From Candidatus Magasanikiibacteriota bacterium (GTDB taxonomy: Bacteria > Patescibacteriota > Patescibacteriia > Magasanikbacterales > UBA10146), in the NCBI GenBank assembly GCA_016212585.1, contig JACRFU010000062.1, positions 1-43,303 of the forward strand: DNA of 43,303 nt, given 5' to 3'. The translations under genes and the position numbers were made by a program. Within the stretch, counting starts at the first letter, position 1. Each line of letters opens with the position of its first letter. The notes below the pieces were generated by a model that did no database searches, was not told the origin of the DNA, and saw only the letters and a program-made list of their open reading frames with translations. Of the stretch, positions 28,989 through 40,948 are shown piece after piece.

Positions 28989-29567
28989 CACTACATCTCT
29001 GCGCTCGTAAGAAAAAATCTGATCCGGCGCAAACCAATGGCTGATTTCATGCTGTGCTTCTTCCGGCGTTTCCGAGGCGTGCACAATGTTCATGACCGCG
29101 CGCTTTTCTTTGTTTGCCACCGCAGCGCTGTCTGTGGAATAATCGCCGCGTATAGTGCCCATATCCGCCAATACCGGCATGGTGTTGCCCACGAGTTTGC
29201 GAATCATATCCACCGCGTGCGGACCCTCAACCACCATCTTTACGAGCGGAGCCGAGGTCATATAATCAACCAGCCACTTGCGCACCATTTGTCCGATTGT
29301 CAGCTTGTCCGTGGTACCCAATTCTTTCATGGCGTCATAACCGTATTTTTCATAGGTAGAGAGTGTCTTCTCTCCAAGACGGCCAATCCATATTTCCGTT
29401 TTTGGATAATGATTGTCAATCTGATCATGAGTGGGCTGAAACATCTGAAGCGCCACAATTTTGAGCCCGCGTTGTTCTATGCGCTGGATAATCTCTCCGG
29501 CAAGACCGCGGATGACACCGTCCGGTTTTACCATGACAAACGACTGTTCAAGACGAGGATTCTGCAT
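28971..29567 (-). CDS. ndk: Nucleoside-diphosphate kinase
   Basis: VKPDGV, GTIRGDY and NIVHASE; the last five codons and the stop lie in the element E arm. Confidence 0.93.
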   Translation of the reverse strand: MQNPRLEQSFVMVKPDGVIRGLAGEIIQRIEQRGLKIVALQMFQPTHDQIDNHYPKTEIWIGRLGEKTLSTYEKYGYDAMKELGTTDKLTIGQMVRKWLVDYMTSAPLVKMVVEGPHAVDMIRKLVGNTMPVLADMGTIRGDYSTDSAAVANKEKRAVMNIVHASETPEEAQHEISHWFAPDQIFSYERRDVVYGHHI

Positions 29568-29630
29568 ATGTATGATTTAATAATTCAAGTGAGCATAGGA
29601 TAACAAAAAATCTGAGATTTGGCAAGTAGC

Positions 29631-31697
29631 TTACAGCTCATCAATTTCACGTAAAAAGCCTTTGCGTTTTTTGGGCGTTGCGGCGCGTGAAGCACTCACG
29701 GATTCTTCTTCAAACGGCACCTGCACGTCTTCATCTATCACCATCGTTGGAACATCATCATTCCATTGCCCGTTGCCGTCCATCACGGTATCGTCTGTTT
29801 TCTTAACAAGAGAAGGATGAAGCTCCTGAAGAAACTGCGACGCCTGATGCACAATGCTTGGGTCGCGCGCGTCCAGCATGGTGTAGGTCAAAAAAAGTTC
29901 TCGTTGCGCGCGGGTTACCGCAACATAAAACAAGCGCCGCTCCTCCTCTTCACCTCCTGCTTCTGACAATGCGCGTTCATTGGGGAACGCGCCATTGACC
30001 AAATTGATTACAAAAACCGTATCCCACTCCAACCCCTTTGCCTGATGAATGGTGGACAATATCAAGCGGTCGCGTGTATTGCCCGCCTTGTCTTTTGAAC
30101 CATACGCGTCGTCAAGCGTCGCGGAATCCAAAAAATCTTTTGTACTTTTTGCGTGAGAAGCAAATTGCGCCAACTGCTCCAAATCCCCCACCCGATCTTC
30201 ATAATTTTCAAATGTGTCTTTGAGATAATCAGCATACGCGGATTGTGCTATTCCTTCTATAAATCCGCTCGGGTGATCCCCTTTTTTCTTCATTTCTTGA
30301 ATAATACTCATCATATTTTCCCAGCCGGTGCGGGCGCGAGCGGGCAAAGGCTCGTGTAAAATGGCTTGCAAAACAGCCTCCAAATCTCCATGCGCCATAA
30401 TACGCTCCACCAGCGCGCGAGCGGTCTCGTGTCCAATCCCCGGTTGAAGTGGAAGAACACGCAGCCACGCCATGCGATCTTTATGATTAGAAATAATCCG
30501 CAAAAAACCCAGCACATCTTTAATATGCGCGCGGTCAAAAAAACGCATCCCTCCGCGGAATTCATACGGAATATTATTTTTTACCAGCTCCATTTCCAGC
30601 GCGCGCGCTGAAAAAGCACCGCGAAACAACGCTGCCATAGAGGCGAGCGGCCTTCCGGCACTTGCCGAGCGTGCGACTTTTTGCACAATATATTGCGCTT
30701 CTTGAGCAGGCGTCATGTGCACGGTAACATGAGGCTTGACATTTGATGCGTGGTGGGCTTTAAGCGTTTTTTTAAATTGTTTTTTGTTTTGCGCGATAAC
30801 ATCATTTGCCAAAAACAAAATCTCCGGCGAGGAACGATAATTTGTTTCCAATTTAAATGTTTTTGCTCCCGCAAATTCTTTGGGAAAATTCAAAATGTTA
30901 TGAATATCCGCCGCGCGAAACGAGTAAATGGATTGCGCGTCATCTCCCACCACCAATAAATTCTTGTGGATATCGGCAAGCAAACGGACAATCTTTGCCT
31001 GCAGTTTGTTGGTATCCTGAAACTCGTCAACCAAAATATATTTAAACTGTTCCGCCCATTTGTTCCGTATGGTTTCATGATCTTCCAATAACTCCAGCCA
31101 ATAGGTGAGTAGGTCATCAAAATCCATTACATTTGCGCGTCTTTTTTCCCGTTTATACCGCTCGGAAACACTCTTAAGCGCGTCGGTAAACGACATAAAA
31201 CGAGGGTATTTGAGCTCTATTGCCTCATCAAGCGGCAACTCTGTGTTGCGGGCGTAAGAAACCATAGAAAGCAATGTGGACGCCGCGGGAGTTTTTTTGC
31301 TTTTGGTATCCAGACCTTCTTCTTGAAGGCAATGTTTGAGCAAAACCTCCGCGTCATCTTGATCCATAATCGTGAAATTTTTTTCAAACCCAATCGCGCG
31401 CGCTTCCATGCGCAACACGCGGCTCGCGACAGAGTGAAAGGTGCCGCTCCACAAACCTTTAACTTTTTCACCCATCAATTTTTCAACGCGCGTAAGCATC
31501 TCTTTTGCGGCCTTGTTGGTAAATGTCAAAAGAAGTATCGCCGATGGCACGATACTCTTTTCCAACAAATAGGCGACACGATAGGTGATGACTCTTGTTT
31601 TGCCGGAACCTGCTCCCGCGAGCACGAGTACATACCCGTCGCCTTGTTTGACAATCTCATACTGCTCGCTGTTGAGCTCTTTCTTAAAATCTATCAT
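29631..31697 (-). CDS. UvrD/PcrA-family ATP-dependent helicase
   Basis: AGAGSGKT, VDEFQD, GDDAQSIYSFR, TIHQAKGLEW and EERRLFYVAVTRA. Confidence 0.95.
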   Translation of the reverse strand: MIDFKKELNSEQYEIVKQGDGYVLVLAGAGSGKTRVITYRVAYLLEKSIVPSAILLLTFTNKAAKEMLTRVEKLMGEKVKGLWSGTFHSVASRVLRMEARAIGFEKNFTIMDQDDAEVLLKHCLQEEGLDTKSKKTPAASTLLSMVSYARNTELPLDEAIELKYPRFMSFTDALKSVSERYKREKRRANVMDFDDLLTYWLELLEDHETIRNKWAEQFKYILVDEFQDTNKLQAKIVRLLADIHKNLLVVGDDAQSIYSFRAADIHNILNFPKEFAGAKTFKLETNYRSSPEILFLANDVIAQNKKQFKKTLKAHHASNVKPHVTVHMTPAQEAQYIVQKVARSASAGRPLASMAALFRGAFSARALEMELVKNNIPYEFRGGMRFFDRAHIKDVLGFLRIISNHKDRMAWLRVLPLQPGIGHETARALVERIMAHGDLEAVLQAILHEPLPARARTGWENMMSIIQEMKKKGDHPSGFIEGIAQSAYADYLKDTFENYEDRVGDLEQLAQFASHAKSTKDFLDSATLDDAYGSKDKAGNTRDRLILSTIHQAKGLEWDTVFVINLVNGAFPNERALSEAGGEEEERRLFYVAVTRAQRELFLTYTMLDARDPSIVHQASQFLQELHPSLVKKTDDTVMDGNGQWNDDVPTMVIDEDVQVPFEEESVSASRAATPKKRKGFLREIDEL

Positions 31698-31700
31698 GCG

Positions 31701-32090
31701 CTATTTGGTATTCAGACACTGCACGCCTTTAAGCACCACGTCCGGAGTCGGCTTGTATTGAGGATTTGCAAGAATATCCGCCAAATTTTTTTCACCTAAT
31801 TGTTTTGCCAAACACGCTTTTTCCGCCGGTTTGAGCGAATCATAAAACCCTTTGACCGTGCCAAATTGTCCCATTTTCTGCATCATTTCTTGAATGCCGC
31901 TCAGTTGTGTGCCACCCAATCCGCTCATTTTTCCGCCAAAACCTTCCGAGCTTAAAGCACTCATCATGGGAGCAATACCCTGCCATGGCTTTGCTTTAGC
32001 AAGCGCGAAACCACTTACCAAGAGAACGAGTCCAATACCTGCCCATACAACAAAAAATATGGTTCCGAACAAATGGTATATAAATTTCAT
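31701..32090 (-). CDS. Hypothetical membrane-anchored protein
   Basis: N-terminal hydrophobic segment and two C-terminal Cys; ATG 32090. Confidence 0.65.
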   Translation of the reverse strand: MKFIYHLFGTIFFVVWAGIGLVLLVSGFALAKAKPWQGIAPMMSALSSEGFGGKMSGLGGTQLSGIQEMMQKMGQFGTVKGFYDSLKPAEKACLAKQLGEKNLADILANPQYKPTPDVVLKGVQCLNTK

Positions 32091-32124
32091 ATGATATATA
32101 AAAAATAACTTATGGCTCAATTAT

Positions 32125-32204
32125 GAGTCTGCCGCCGAATGCTATGCCCGTAACAAAATGTACGTATGCGCATTGCAGTCAAAATTGCATTCGGTGGCAG
32201 ATCC
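32125..32204 (+). mobile_element. Family A internally deleted derivative (A7), 80 bp
   Basis: gagtctgccgccgaatgc...gcattcggtggcagatcc; flanked by direct repeat ATTAT (32120-24, 32205-09). Confidence 0.82.
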
Positions 32205-32287
32205 ATTATATCAGACTCGTGAAAAAAAAGAAACTTCAGCGGTTTGACTGAAGTGTGGAAAAATTGGTTTGACATCGCCTCGTATGA

Positions 32288-32953
32288 TTACGCGGATGGC
32301 GCGTCCAAAGCAGTTGAATCTGCTTCTTGCTTAAAAGCTCCGCGCAATAGATCACACAGATACCGGCGGGCATGGCCGTGGTCAAGCCGCCAGCTTTCAA
32401 GCAACGCGTAGAGCACATGCATGGTTTCCAGACGATCACTGATCAGTGTCCGATGAGGATGATTATCATGGATATCTCCAACGCAATCACCAACCACCAG
32501 TGCACGATCGAATTTTCGTGTCTGACGATTGTAAAGTTGAAAAATCCATCCATGCGGCAATGGAGACACTCTTATCTCGTCGATATAAACACGCAAAGTC
32601 AAGTTGAGAGATGCCTTGACAAACATGCTCATATCACGCACTCGCGCGATAGTCCTCACTGTTGTATCAAAAAGATACACTGCGGTCGATGCTCTTTGCT
32701 CACCATATAATGACTCGTCGAAATTAATAAGGTGGATACCAAGCTGAATGCAATTCGCTGGATCCGCAAGATCAATCGCGTCGGCGAGCATCTCATAAAG
32801 AAACACGTCGTGAGATACATCATGCGCTCTTTCGCAAGAGGTCAGGTATCCCGCTACAATAGGAAGCACCGCGCGCCAAGACATATAATGAACATCTCCA
32901 AGATGTTGAAGGTGTTGAGTTGTTTCAAGGAGCAATAGAAGTTTGCTATCCAT
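32288..32953 (-). CDS. Hypothetical protein
   Basis: ~221-aa ORF; ATG 32953 preceded by GGAGGT; no recognisable motif. Confidence 0.65.
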   Translation of the reverse strand: MDSKLLLLLETTQHLQHLGDVHYMSWRAVLPIVAGYLTSCERAHDVSHDVFLYEMLADAIDLADPANCIQLGIHLINFDESLYGEQRASTAVYLFDTTVRTIARVRDMSMFVKASLNLTLRVYIDEIRVSPLPHGWIFQLYNRQTRKFDRALVVGDCVGDIHDNHPHRTLISDRLETMHVLYALLESWRLDHGHARRYLCDLLRGAFKQEADSTALDAPSA

Positions 32954-32994
32954 CTTAACCTCCCACAAAATGTGGTTGAATGATACACTGAGAC

Positions 32995-33053
32995 GAAAAA
33001 TTTTGAAACAACTATGGCCGAACTATGTCAAAATGGCATTCGACGACAGACAC
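32995..33053 (+). mobile_element. Family A right-half remnant (A8)
   Basis: gaaaaattttgaaacaactatggccgaactatg...tcaaaatggcattcgacgacagacac matches 12419-12487. Confidence 0.8.
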
Positions 33054-33149
33054 AATACAAGACCATATCACATTTCAAACACAAACGCAACATCGGATAG
33101 GATATGTGTCAACGGGAAATAGAAATGTCCTATAGACATCCTGCCTTAA

Positions 33150-34367
<1,218 letters not shown>

Positions 34368-34661
34368 TTACGCCTTTCGCACATATCCGTGGCACACATC
34401 CACAAGAATCTTATCACCATCTTTGAACACTTTAGTGTCATGTTTAGTGCCAATTACACATGGCTTATTGAGCTCACGAGCAACAATTGCCGACTCGTTT
34501 TTTTCAAAGTGCTTTTTCACAAACATTCGCGCATTTTTGCCTGTTATAATTTTTTGTGTTTCAGAAAAATGCAATGAGTAACGTTTACGCTCTCGTAATT
34601 CTTTGCGTGATATATTCACGCGCCAGGTCTGAATCAACGCGCGCGCTTCGCTCAGCGCCAA
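34368..34661 (-). pseudogene. PEP-utilizer mobile-domain gene fragment with internal deletion
   Basis: Keeps AIVARELNKPCVIGT...DGD but lacks the preceding GG.TSH catalytic-His segment. Confidence 0.65.
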
Positions 34662-34708
34662 GTAACCAAATTCTTCATGAGTGAAGCTTTCTTCGCTATT
34701 CTTACATC

Positions 34709-35278
34709 TTAATGTATAAACATCGCGTCGCCGAAAGAGAAAAATTTATAGCCGTATTTTTTTGCTTCTTCGTAGGACGTCAAAACGCGCTCACGGAGCG
34801 CAAACGCGGACACAAGCATGAGCAATGTTGACTTGGGCAGATGAAAGTTGGTAATGAGCGCGTCCACAATACGAAACTCGAAAACTCCCCCGTCATGCAC
34901 CGCTTTGCCGACAATGCCTTTTATCCCCTCTTGAAATTCAACTACTACACCCTCTTTGAGTTTATGTCCGGGTTTGCCAAGTGCTTCCCACACACACGAA
35001 TCCGCGCCCATACTCACCGGCTTTAACAAAAAAATTTCAACGCCTGATTTTGTATTGCCTTGCAGGCAGCCATTGAGCCTGGATCTAAATACTTTGATGT
35101 TGTTGAGCACCAACACATCTCCGGCGCGCATTAGTGCCGTAATTTCAAAAAATTTCCGATGTACCGTCTCGCCTGTTTTACGATCTAACACCAACAATTT
35201 GCACGCGTCGCGCTTGGCTTGCGGCTCTTGGGCAATAAATTCGTGGGGTAAAAAATAATCAAAATCCGAGGTGAGCAT
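34709..35278 (-). pseudogene. queA: QueA with large in-frame internal deletion
   Basis: N-terminal DFDYFLP..IAQEP and C-terminal [19 protein letters not shown] present, central region absent; only 189 aa. Confidence 0.8.
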
Positions 35279-35287
35279 AATCGTACA

Positions 35288-36749
35288 CTATTTCAACTTT
35301 TTTACCCATCCATGGTTTGCGTTCACCTCAACTATATCGCCATCACGCAACACTTCCGTCGCAATCTTGGTACCGATAATGCTTGGAATGCCAAGCTCAC
35401 GGGAAACAATCGCCGCGTGAGAAGTAATGCCTCCTTCACTAGTTACTATTGCCGCGGCTTTTTTCATTGCAGGGGACTGTCGCCGAATGCGCTTTTGTAA
35501 CGAAATTTCCAGATTTCTGGACACAATTGTTGAATACATTTTGAGGTTTAACAGGAGTTAAGCCGAAAAATGTTGAAACAATTTTGGATGAAATAGGGGA
35601 ATTGCAGTCAAAATGGCATTCGGCGACAGTCCCTGCAGTGATATAATCCGGCCGCGTCATGACCGCTACCAAAATATCACCCTGTTTAACTTTGTCGGCT
35701 TCCGTGGCCGAATTAAGTATGCGCACAGGGCCAATTGCTCTGCCGGTTGAAGCGGATAACCCCCTAAAATCATCAACTTGGTCATGTGGTTTTTGCCCCA
35801 AAACCATTTTTTTCAATTCTTCCAAGCACGCGCTTGGTACCACCTCAAACGCTTCTCCGACCACAATAAATCCGGATTTTTTTCTACCTTGCAATTCTTT
35901 TCGCGACGGTTCTCTTTTTGACATAATATCTTTAATTTCTACCGGATAGGCAAATTTCAACTCATCCAATGTATAATCCGTGCGCCGGACAACTTCTTTC
36001 AAAATAGTACAACCCATATCAATGTTAAAATAGGTTGCTTTTTTACACTTATCTTGCCACCATGTAAAATCTTCCGAGATCTGTATGAGCGCGCGCAGAA
36101 GCGCGGACAATTTTACTTTTTTAAACAGCGCTTGTTTTTTTATTCTATTCAAGCGCGGCGTTTCATACAAATGTTTCAATTCCTTCTTTAAATCTTTGCC
36201 GCTTTTTTTCCACGCTCTGATTTCTTCTTGAAAATGCTTCACACTCAACACCTGCGCTGTGATATAATTATTCTTGCTCCAATACGAGCGCTTTTGATAG
36301 GCGACTAAATTATCCTTGGAAACGCCCACTATAATTTTAAGCAGTTCTATTTCCGCCTGATTGCTAAATGATTGATGCACGGGCGCAGTGGCAATGCTAA
36401 AAATTTCAGTAAATTGTGATTCTTTAAATCTCGCGGAATTTTTTGAGCCATATAATTCCTTGCGCAGTAGCGCGCTGATAATCTCGTCCGTGCCCAAAGC
36501 AAAATGATCAATCAAAATTGTTGAAGTGGCGCAATTGATGAATAACGTATAGGTGGTATTCCACACTTCAAGAAGTTGCGCATCGGAACATTTTTTTAAA
36601 TCAATCGCAGGGAATGTTTTCCAAAAATATCGTTCATATATCTGTTCATCTTTTTTCCATTTCTTGAGCAATTTTGTTGAAAGCCGAGGGTCTTTTTTGG
36701 CAAGCTCAACAAACCGTTTTGCCGCACACCGTATATCACCCATTTCCAA
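35288..36749 (-). pseudogene. PEP-utilizer (His-swivel domain) protein disrupted by element A9
   Basis: Removing 166 bp restores [33 protein letters not shown]; the 5' end also appears truncated against mltG. Confidence 0.88.
35473..35633 (+). mobile_element. Family A element (A9) inserted in a CDS
   Basis: Perfect 18-bp TIR gggactgtcgccgaatgc; 5-bp direct repeat TGCAG (35468-72, 35634-38). Confidence 0.95.
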
Positions 36750-36768
36750 ATACCAATCTGCAAATATA

Positions 36769-37506
36769 TTATCTCAAATACCGCGCGATATTCCTATTAT
36801 GCTCGTCAAGCGTGTGAGCATAATACATTTTTCCGTCACGACCGCTTATAAAATACCAATACGCATTTGAGGTTGGATTGATAGACGCATTGATAGACGC
36901 CAAACTCGGATTATTGATAGGCCCCGCGGGCAACCCCTTTTCTTTATAAGTGCCTCTGCTTGAATCAACTTGAAGCGGCATTCCAACGCGTAAACGCCGC
37001 CACAAAATATCGGCAATGAGCGCGCGATCCTCCGCCGTCTTGCCTTCCGCCTCCACCAGCGAGGCCACGGTGAGCACTTCAAAAATAGTTGTATGTTGTT
37101 CTTTAATTTTTGCACGCGCCTCCGAGGATAATTTTTCATCCATCTCGCTCAATACTTTTTCAACTATATTGCGCACGGCGGTGTCTTTAAAAAAACGATA
37201 GGTGTCGGGAAAAAAATATCCTTCTATTCCTGCGTCTGCCGGAGCGTCCGCAAATAATCCGGGGAAAAGTACGCGATAACGCGACGCTACAGATCCAACC
37301 GCACGCGCCCATACTTCCACAGAAGGCACTAAACCTCTCTCCACCAGTAATGCGCCATATTCTTTCAAAGTACGCCCCTCTACAAACGTAATGGTCGTTT
37401 CTTCCCGTGGCACGATTACACGTTCTGACCGTCCATAGAAAAAAGCAATCGCCATCACGAGGGCGAAAATACAAAAAGCAAAGGTTGTTTTTATGAACCG
37501 GCTCAT
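36769..37506 (-). CDS. mltG: Endolytic transglycosylase MltG (YceG family), compact form
   Basis: EGYFFPDTY, ASLVEAE, LQVD and GLPAGPINNP. Confidence 0.88.
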   Translation of the reverse strand: MSRFIKTTFAFCIFALVMAIAFFYGRSERVIVPREETTITFVEGRTLKEYGALLVERGLVPSVEVWARAVGSVASRYRVLFPGLFADAPADAGIEGYFFPDTYRFFKDTAVRNIVEKVLSEMDEKLSSEARAKIKEQHTTIFEVLTVASLVEAEGKTAEDRALIADILWRRLRVGMPLQVDSSRGTYKEKGLPAGPINNPSLASINASINPTSNAYWYFISGRDGKMYYAHTLDEHNRNIARYLR

Positions 37507-37518
37507 AATTTCTATTAA

Positions 37519-38601
37519 TTACAAAAATTTTTTCTTGCCTTTTTGCTCCAAACCCGCCACAATTTTTTTTACATCCTGCGCGCGGCCTTTGGGGCAAATC
37601 AACAGAGCGTCTTTAGTGTCTACCACAATCATATTATCCAGCCCGATGGTGGCGATAATTTTTCGCTCACTGCCATATACCAAACAATTATGCGTATCAT
37701 GCAATTCAACCTGCCCGCGCGCGATATTGCCGTCCGGCGTCATGGCATTTAAAAGCTGATCATAAAGAGCATCCCACGCGCCAATGTCGCTCCACCCAAA
37801 ATCACCCTTAATCACCAACACATCAGACGGATCCAGTTTTTCCGCCAACAAATAGTCAATGGAAATCTTTGGCAGTTGCGCAAAAAGTTTTTTAATTGAA
37901 CGAGCAGAACCCTCCTTAATAGCTTTGCGAAGCGCTTCAATTACCGGTTTAAGCTCCGGCGCGCATCGCGCCACGGCGTCAACAAATTTGCGAGGCGTCC
38001 ACATATAATAGTTCGCGTGCCACAGATACTCCCCGCTTTTAATGTATCGCGTTGCTGTTTCCGCGTCGGGTTTTTCCGTGTGTCCCAAAAATTTATACAC
38101 TTCTATGCCATTCACGCTTTTCCAGCGCTTACCGATGTGCGTGTAACCGAGCGCGGTACTGGGGAAGGACGCCTGCACTCCAATATCAACAAGCTTGCCT
38201 GTTTCCCGCACCAACTCGCCACCCGCTGAGAGCGTGGCAATAAAACGCTTTACAGAATCAATGCTGTGGTCTGAAGGGATAAAGACAAACGGCTCATTAG
38301 GTGCGCGTTCAAGCAAATGGAGCGCGGAAAAAATCATTGCAGGCGCCGTGTCGCGTTTTTCCGGTTCAGTAATAACATGGTCTGGCGGCAATGCGGGCAG
38401 AAGTCCGCGCAAAACCTTTGCTTGCAAACTATTGGTGGAAAAAAATATATGTTCCGGCTTGAACCCCGAAAGCAACCGCTCATATGTTTCCACAATCATG
38501 GGCTTGGTGGACACAATAGGGAAATACTGTTTTGGTTTTTTATGCCGCCCCATGGGCCAAAGCCGAGTGCCTCCACCGCCGGACAAAATTATCGCGTTCA
38601 T
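37519..38601 (-). CDS. Mannose-1-phosphate guanylyltransferase
   Basis: GGGGTRLWP, PKQ, EP..RDTAPA, PSDH, EKP and WSDIGAW. Confidence 0.92.
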   Translation of the reverse strand: MNAIILSGGGGTRLWPMGRHKKPKQYFPIVSTKPMIVETYERLLSGFKPEHIFFSTNSLQAKVLRGLLPALPPDHVITEPEKRDTAPAMIFSALHLLERAPNEPFVFIPSDHSIDSVKRFIATLSAGGELVRETGKLVDIGVQASFPSTALGYTHIGKRWKSVNGIEVYKFLGHTEKPDAETATRYIKSGEYLWHANYYMWTPRKFVDAVARCAPELKPVIEALRKAIKEGSARSIKKLFAQLPKISIDYLLAEKLDPSDVLVIKGDFGWSDIGAWDALYDQLLNAMTPDGNIARGQVELHDTHNCLVYGSERKIIATIGLDNMIVVDTKDALLICPKGRAQDVKKIVAGLEQKGKKKFL

Positions 38602-38733
38602 AGTTTAATTTTTAAAATTATTGCAAGACTTTATTTTATTATTTTATTCCTATTTTCTGCGTTCATACACTTGGCTTCAAATGATTCTTGTGTTTTGATT
38701 TTTTTATCATACTAATATTTACTCCGAAAATAT

Positions 38734-40167
38734 TCAACAAACTTTTTGAGCAATCCCCTGCGCGGGGCTTACTTCCACCAAATCATCATCTTTGAATAAC
38801 GTAGTAGCAATCTTGGTACCCACAAGGCACGGAATACCGAGCTCACGGCTCACTATAGCCGCATGGGATGTTAAACCACCCGTATCAGTAATGACGGCGC
38901 AGGCTTTTTTCATGGCAAAAATATATTCCGGACTCGTCATCGGCGCGACTAAAATTTCTCCGTCTCGGAACATTTCTACCTTCAAGGGATCCAAAAGAAT
39001 ACGGATTTTCCCGCGCACGGTGCCATGCGTACCCTTACTCGCAACAATTCCTCTCACTTCTTTCACACCGATTGCCGCTTCCTCCATACTACTATAGGTA
39101 TTCCAAACATACTCGGTTTTTTCAGCGTTGAGCTCTTTACACTCATGGAAAAATTGTACCCCGAACCCCTTGGCTCGCTCCATTAATTTTGCATGTAAAT
39201 CCTTGCCTTTGATAATCTCCGTTATTTCTTGATGCCATAAATTATGTAGCTCATCAAATGCATACTCGTATCGTCGCCCAACCTCTTGAACTAATGCATC
39301 AGTATAATGCAAAATAATAAAAATATATTTCTTGCGCTCATCTTGCCAACCAATACCATAGCTAATAGCTTCTGCAATATCCATCAGTTCTGCGGGTACA
39401 TTAAACTGTTTCTGGATTGCTAATTTGCGCGCTTTTGTTTCTTCTATTTTTTTCTTAATCTCAATCACCATCTCCGGCTTCACTTCTTTTTTTCGCTCCA
39501 CAAAAAATTCAAGCGGCAAGACGTGCGTCCCGGCATAACTATTTTTAAGCCAAAAAAACTGCTGCTGATGGTTTGCCAAATCCGTTGTTTGGTTCAAAGC
39601 GATTTCTTCTTCCTGATAAAACGACAAACGAGTTGGAGCAGTCAAAATTTCAAGAACTTCAGTACTATTCCGCTCATCCGTAATATATTTTTTTATCCGT
39701 TCAGTGAGATAATGAGTTGAACCGTAATTGGCAAGTTCAGGAACCGAACCGGTAATCCAAAATTTGATATAATACTTTAATAAATCCGTCCACAAAATCA
39801 ACAGTTCCGCGTCTGTTATTTCTGCAAGTTTAGTCTTGCCGATTTTTTTTTCAATATCCTGAATTCTTTTAACATCGTCAAGCCATTCCCTATATATCTT
39901 TTCCCGCGATACCCTCGGCAACAGGTATTTCAAAAATATTCTTTCACCGGTCGCGTTGACATCCTGGGCGTTATTAATCCAAAAACTGCGGCCATTTTTA
40001 AACAACCATAGTGTTTCCGGCCAATTCTCGCCATACCTTTCACGAAAATGTTTATAATGCACCTCTACAAAGGTAGAACTATATAAAAATTTCCCGGGGA
40101 TGGGACCCCACCGAAAGATATTGCTTTGTGGATCAAATGGTAATTTAATAATGGAGTTTTTTACCAT
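38734..40167 (-). CDS. PEP-utilizer (His-swivel domain) protein with uncharacterised N-terminal region
   Basis: C-terminal GEILVAPMTSP...[21 protein letters not shown]; no ATP-grasp or PEP-binding barrel evident. Confidence 0.88.
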   Translation of the reverse strand: MVKNSIIKLPFDPQSNIFRWGPIPGKFLYSSTFVEVHYKHFRERYGENWPETLWLFKNGRSFWINNAQDVNATGERIFLKYLLPRVSREKIYREWLDDVKRIQDIEKKIGKTKLAEITDAELLILWTDLLKYYIKFWITGSVPELANYGSTHYLTERIKKYITDERNSTEVLEILTAPTRLSFYQEEEIALNQTTDLANHQQQFFWLKNSYAGTHVLPLEFFVERKKEVKPEMVIEIKKKIEETKARKLAIQKQFNVPAELMDIAEAISYGIGWQDERKKYIFIILHYTDALVQEVGRRYEYAFDELHNLWHQEITEIIKGKDLHAKLMERAKGFGVQFFHECKELNAEKTEYVWNTYSSMEEAAIGVKEVRGIVASKGTHGTVRGKIRILLDPLKVEMFRDGEILVAPMTSPEYIFAMKKACAVITDTGGLTSHAAIVSRELGIPCLVGTKIATTLFKDDDLVEVSPAQGIAQKVC

Positions 40168-40275
40168 AGCCTTTAACTTGCTCTACATATTCAACGAGCT
40201 CCGAACGAGTTACATTTTTTCCTTTAAGATGATGATAAATTGGATTATAGGTATAGGCCATATTCCAAAACAAGT

Positions 40276-40815
40276 TTAAAAAACAGATTTAAAAAATCTA
40301 ACAATAATCCATGTGCCTAGCCAGCCAAGCGCCAACCCAACCGCCACATCGGAGAAATAATGCACACCCGCGGCCACGCGGCCCAAGGCCACAAGTATCG
40401 CCAGCACCCACGCAAACCTCCCCCATTTTTTGTCATATATATATACAACGGCCGCAAGCGCCGCCGCCACCGTGGCATGGCCGGAAGGAAACGAATGGCT
40501 TGTTATGGGCTCCGCGATCAATTCCTTAATCGCATGAAACACCACAAACGGCCGTGCGCGAAACCATAATTTCCCTATCACCCATTTGGCGGCATACGTG
40601 GCAAACACGCTTGCGATAAGATTGAGAAGCGCTTCCACCCGCGCCATTTTTGATCCCGTGCGATACATAATCACCAACACCGCCACCAGCGCCAAAACAA
40701 AAATCAAATAATCAGCCGCGCCAACCGCAAGCGGGACACTCCACCCGTGCGTGGCAAAAAAATGATTAAACCCAAGTGTTAATTGGTGGTCCCATCCGCG
40801 TAAAAATTCTAACAT
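40276..40815 (-). CDS. PAP2-family membrane phosphatase
   Basis: K..FRARP, SFPSGH and R...GVHYFSD. Confidence 0.92.
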   Translation of the reverse strand: MLEFLRGWDHQLTLGFNHFFATHGWSVPLAVGAADYLIFVLALVAVLVIMYRTGSKMARVEALLNLIASVFATYAAKWVIGKLWFRARPFVVFHAIKELIAEPITSHSFPSGHATVAAALAAVVYIYDKKWGRFAWVLAILVALGRVAAGVHYFSDVAVGLALGWLGTWIIVRFFKSVF

Positions 40816-40824
40816 ATGTGTTTA

Positions 40825-40947
40825 TCGGACCTACGCATTTGAGACAAGTTCGAGGAAAAGCCGAGCATCGGAGCAAGCCGTAATATACCTACGACGAGCG
40901 AGAAGCGCAGGCTTTGACGAAGAAATTGGCCAAATACGTAGGTCCTA
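40825..40947 (-). mobile_element. Family B element (B3), inverted, between gpmI and PAP2
   Basis: Reverse complement of B1/B2, 123 bp; flanked by TTTA/TTTA. Confidence 0.9.
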
Positions 40948-40948
40948 T

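Noticed and set aside
35473..35633. A9 as a self-splicing intron
   Set aside because: Too short, a simple hairpin, no group I/II core visible, and flanked by a TSD
36930..36990. Short LQVD-to-TYK spacing in MltG as a pseudogenising deletion
   Set aside because: The frame and catalytic Glu region are intact; a compact natural variant is equally plausible without an alignment
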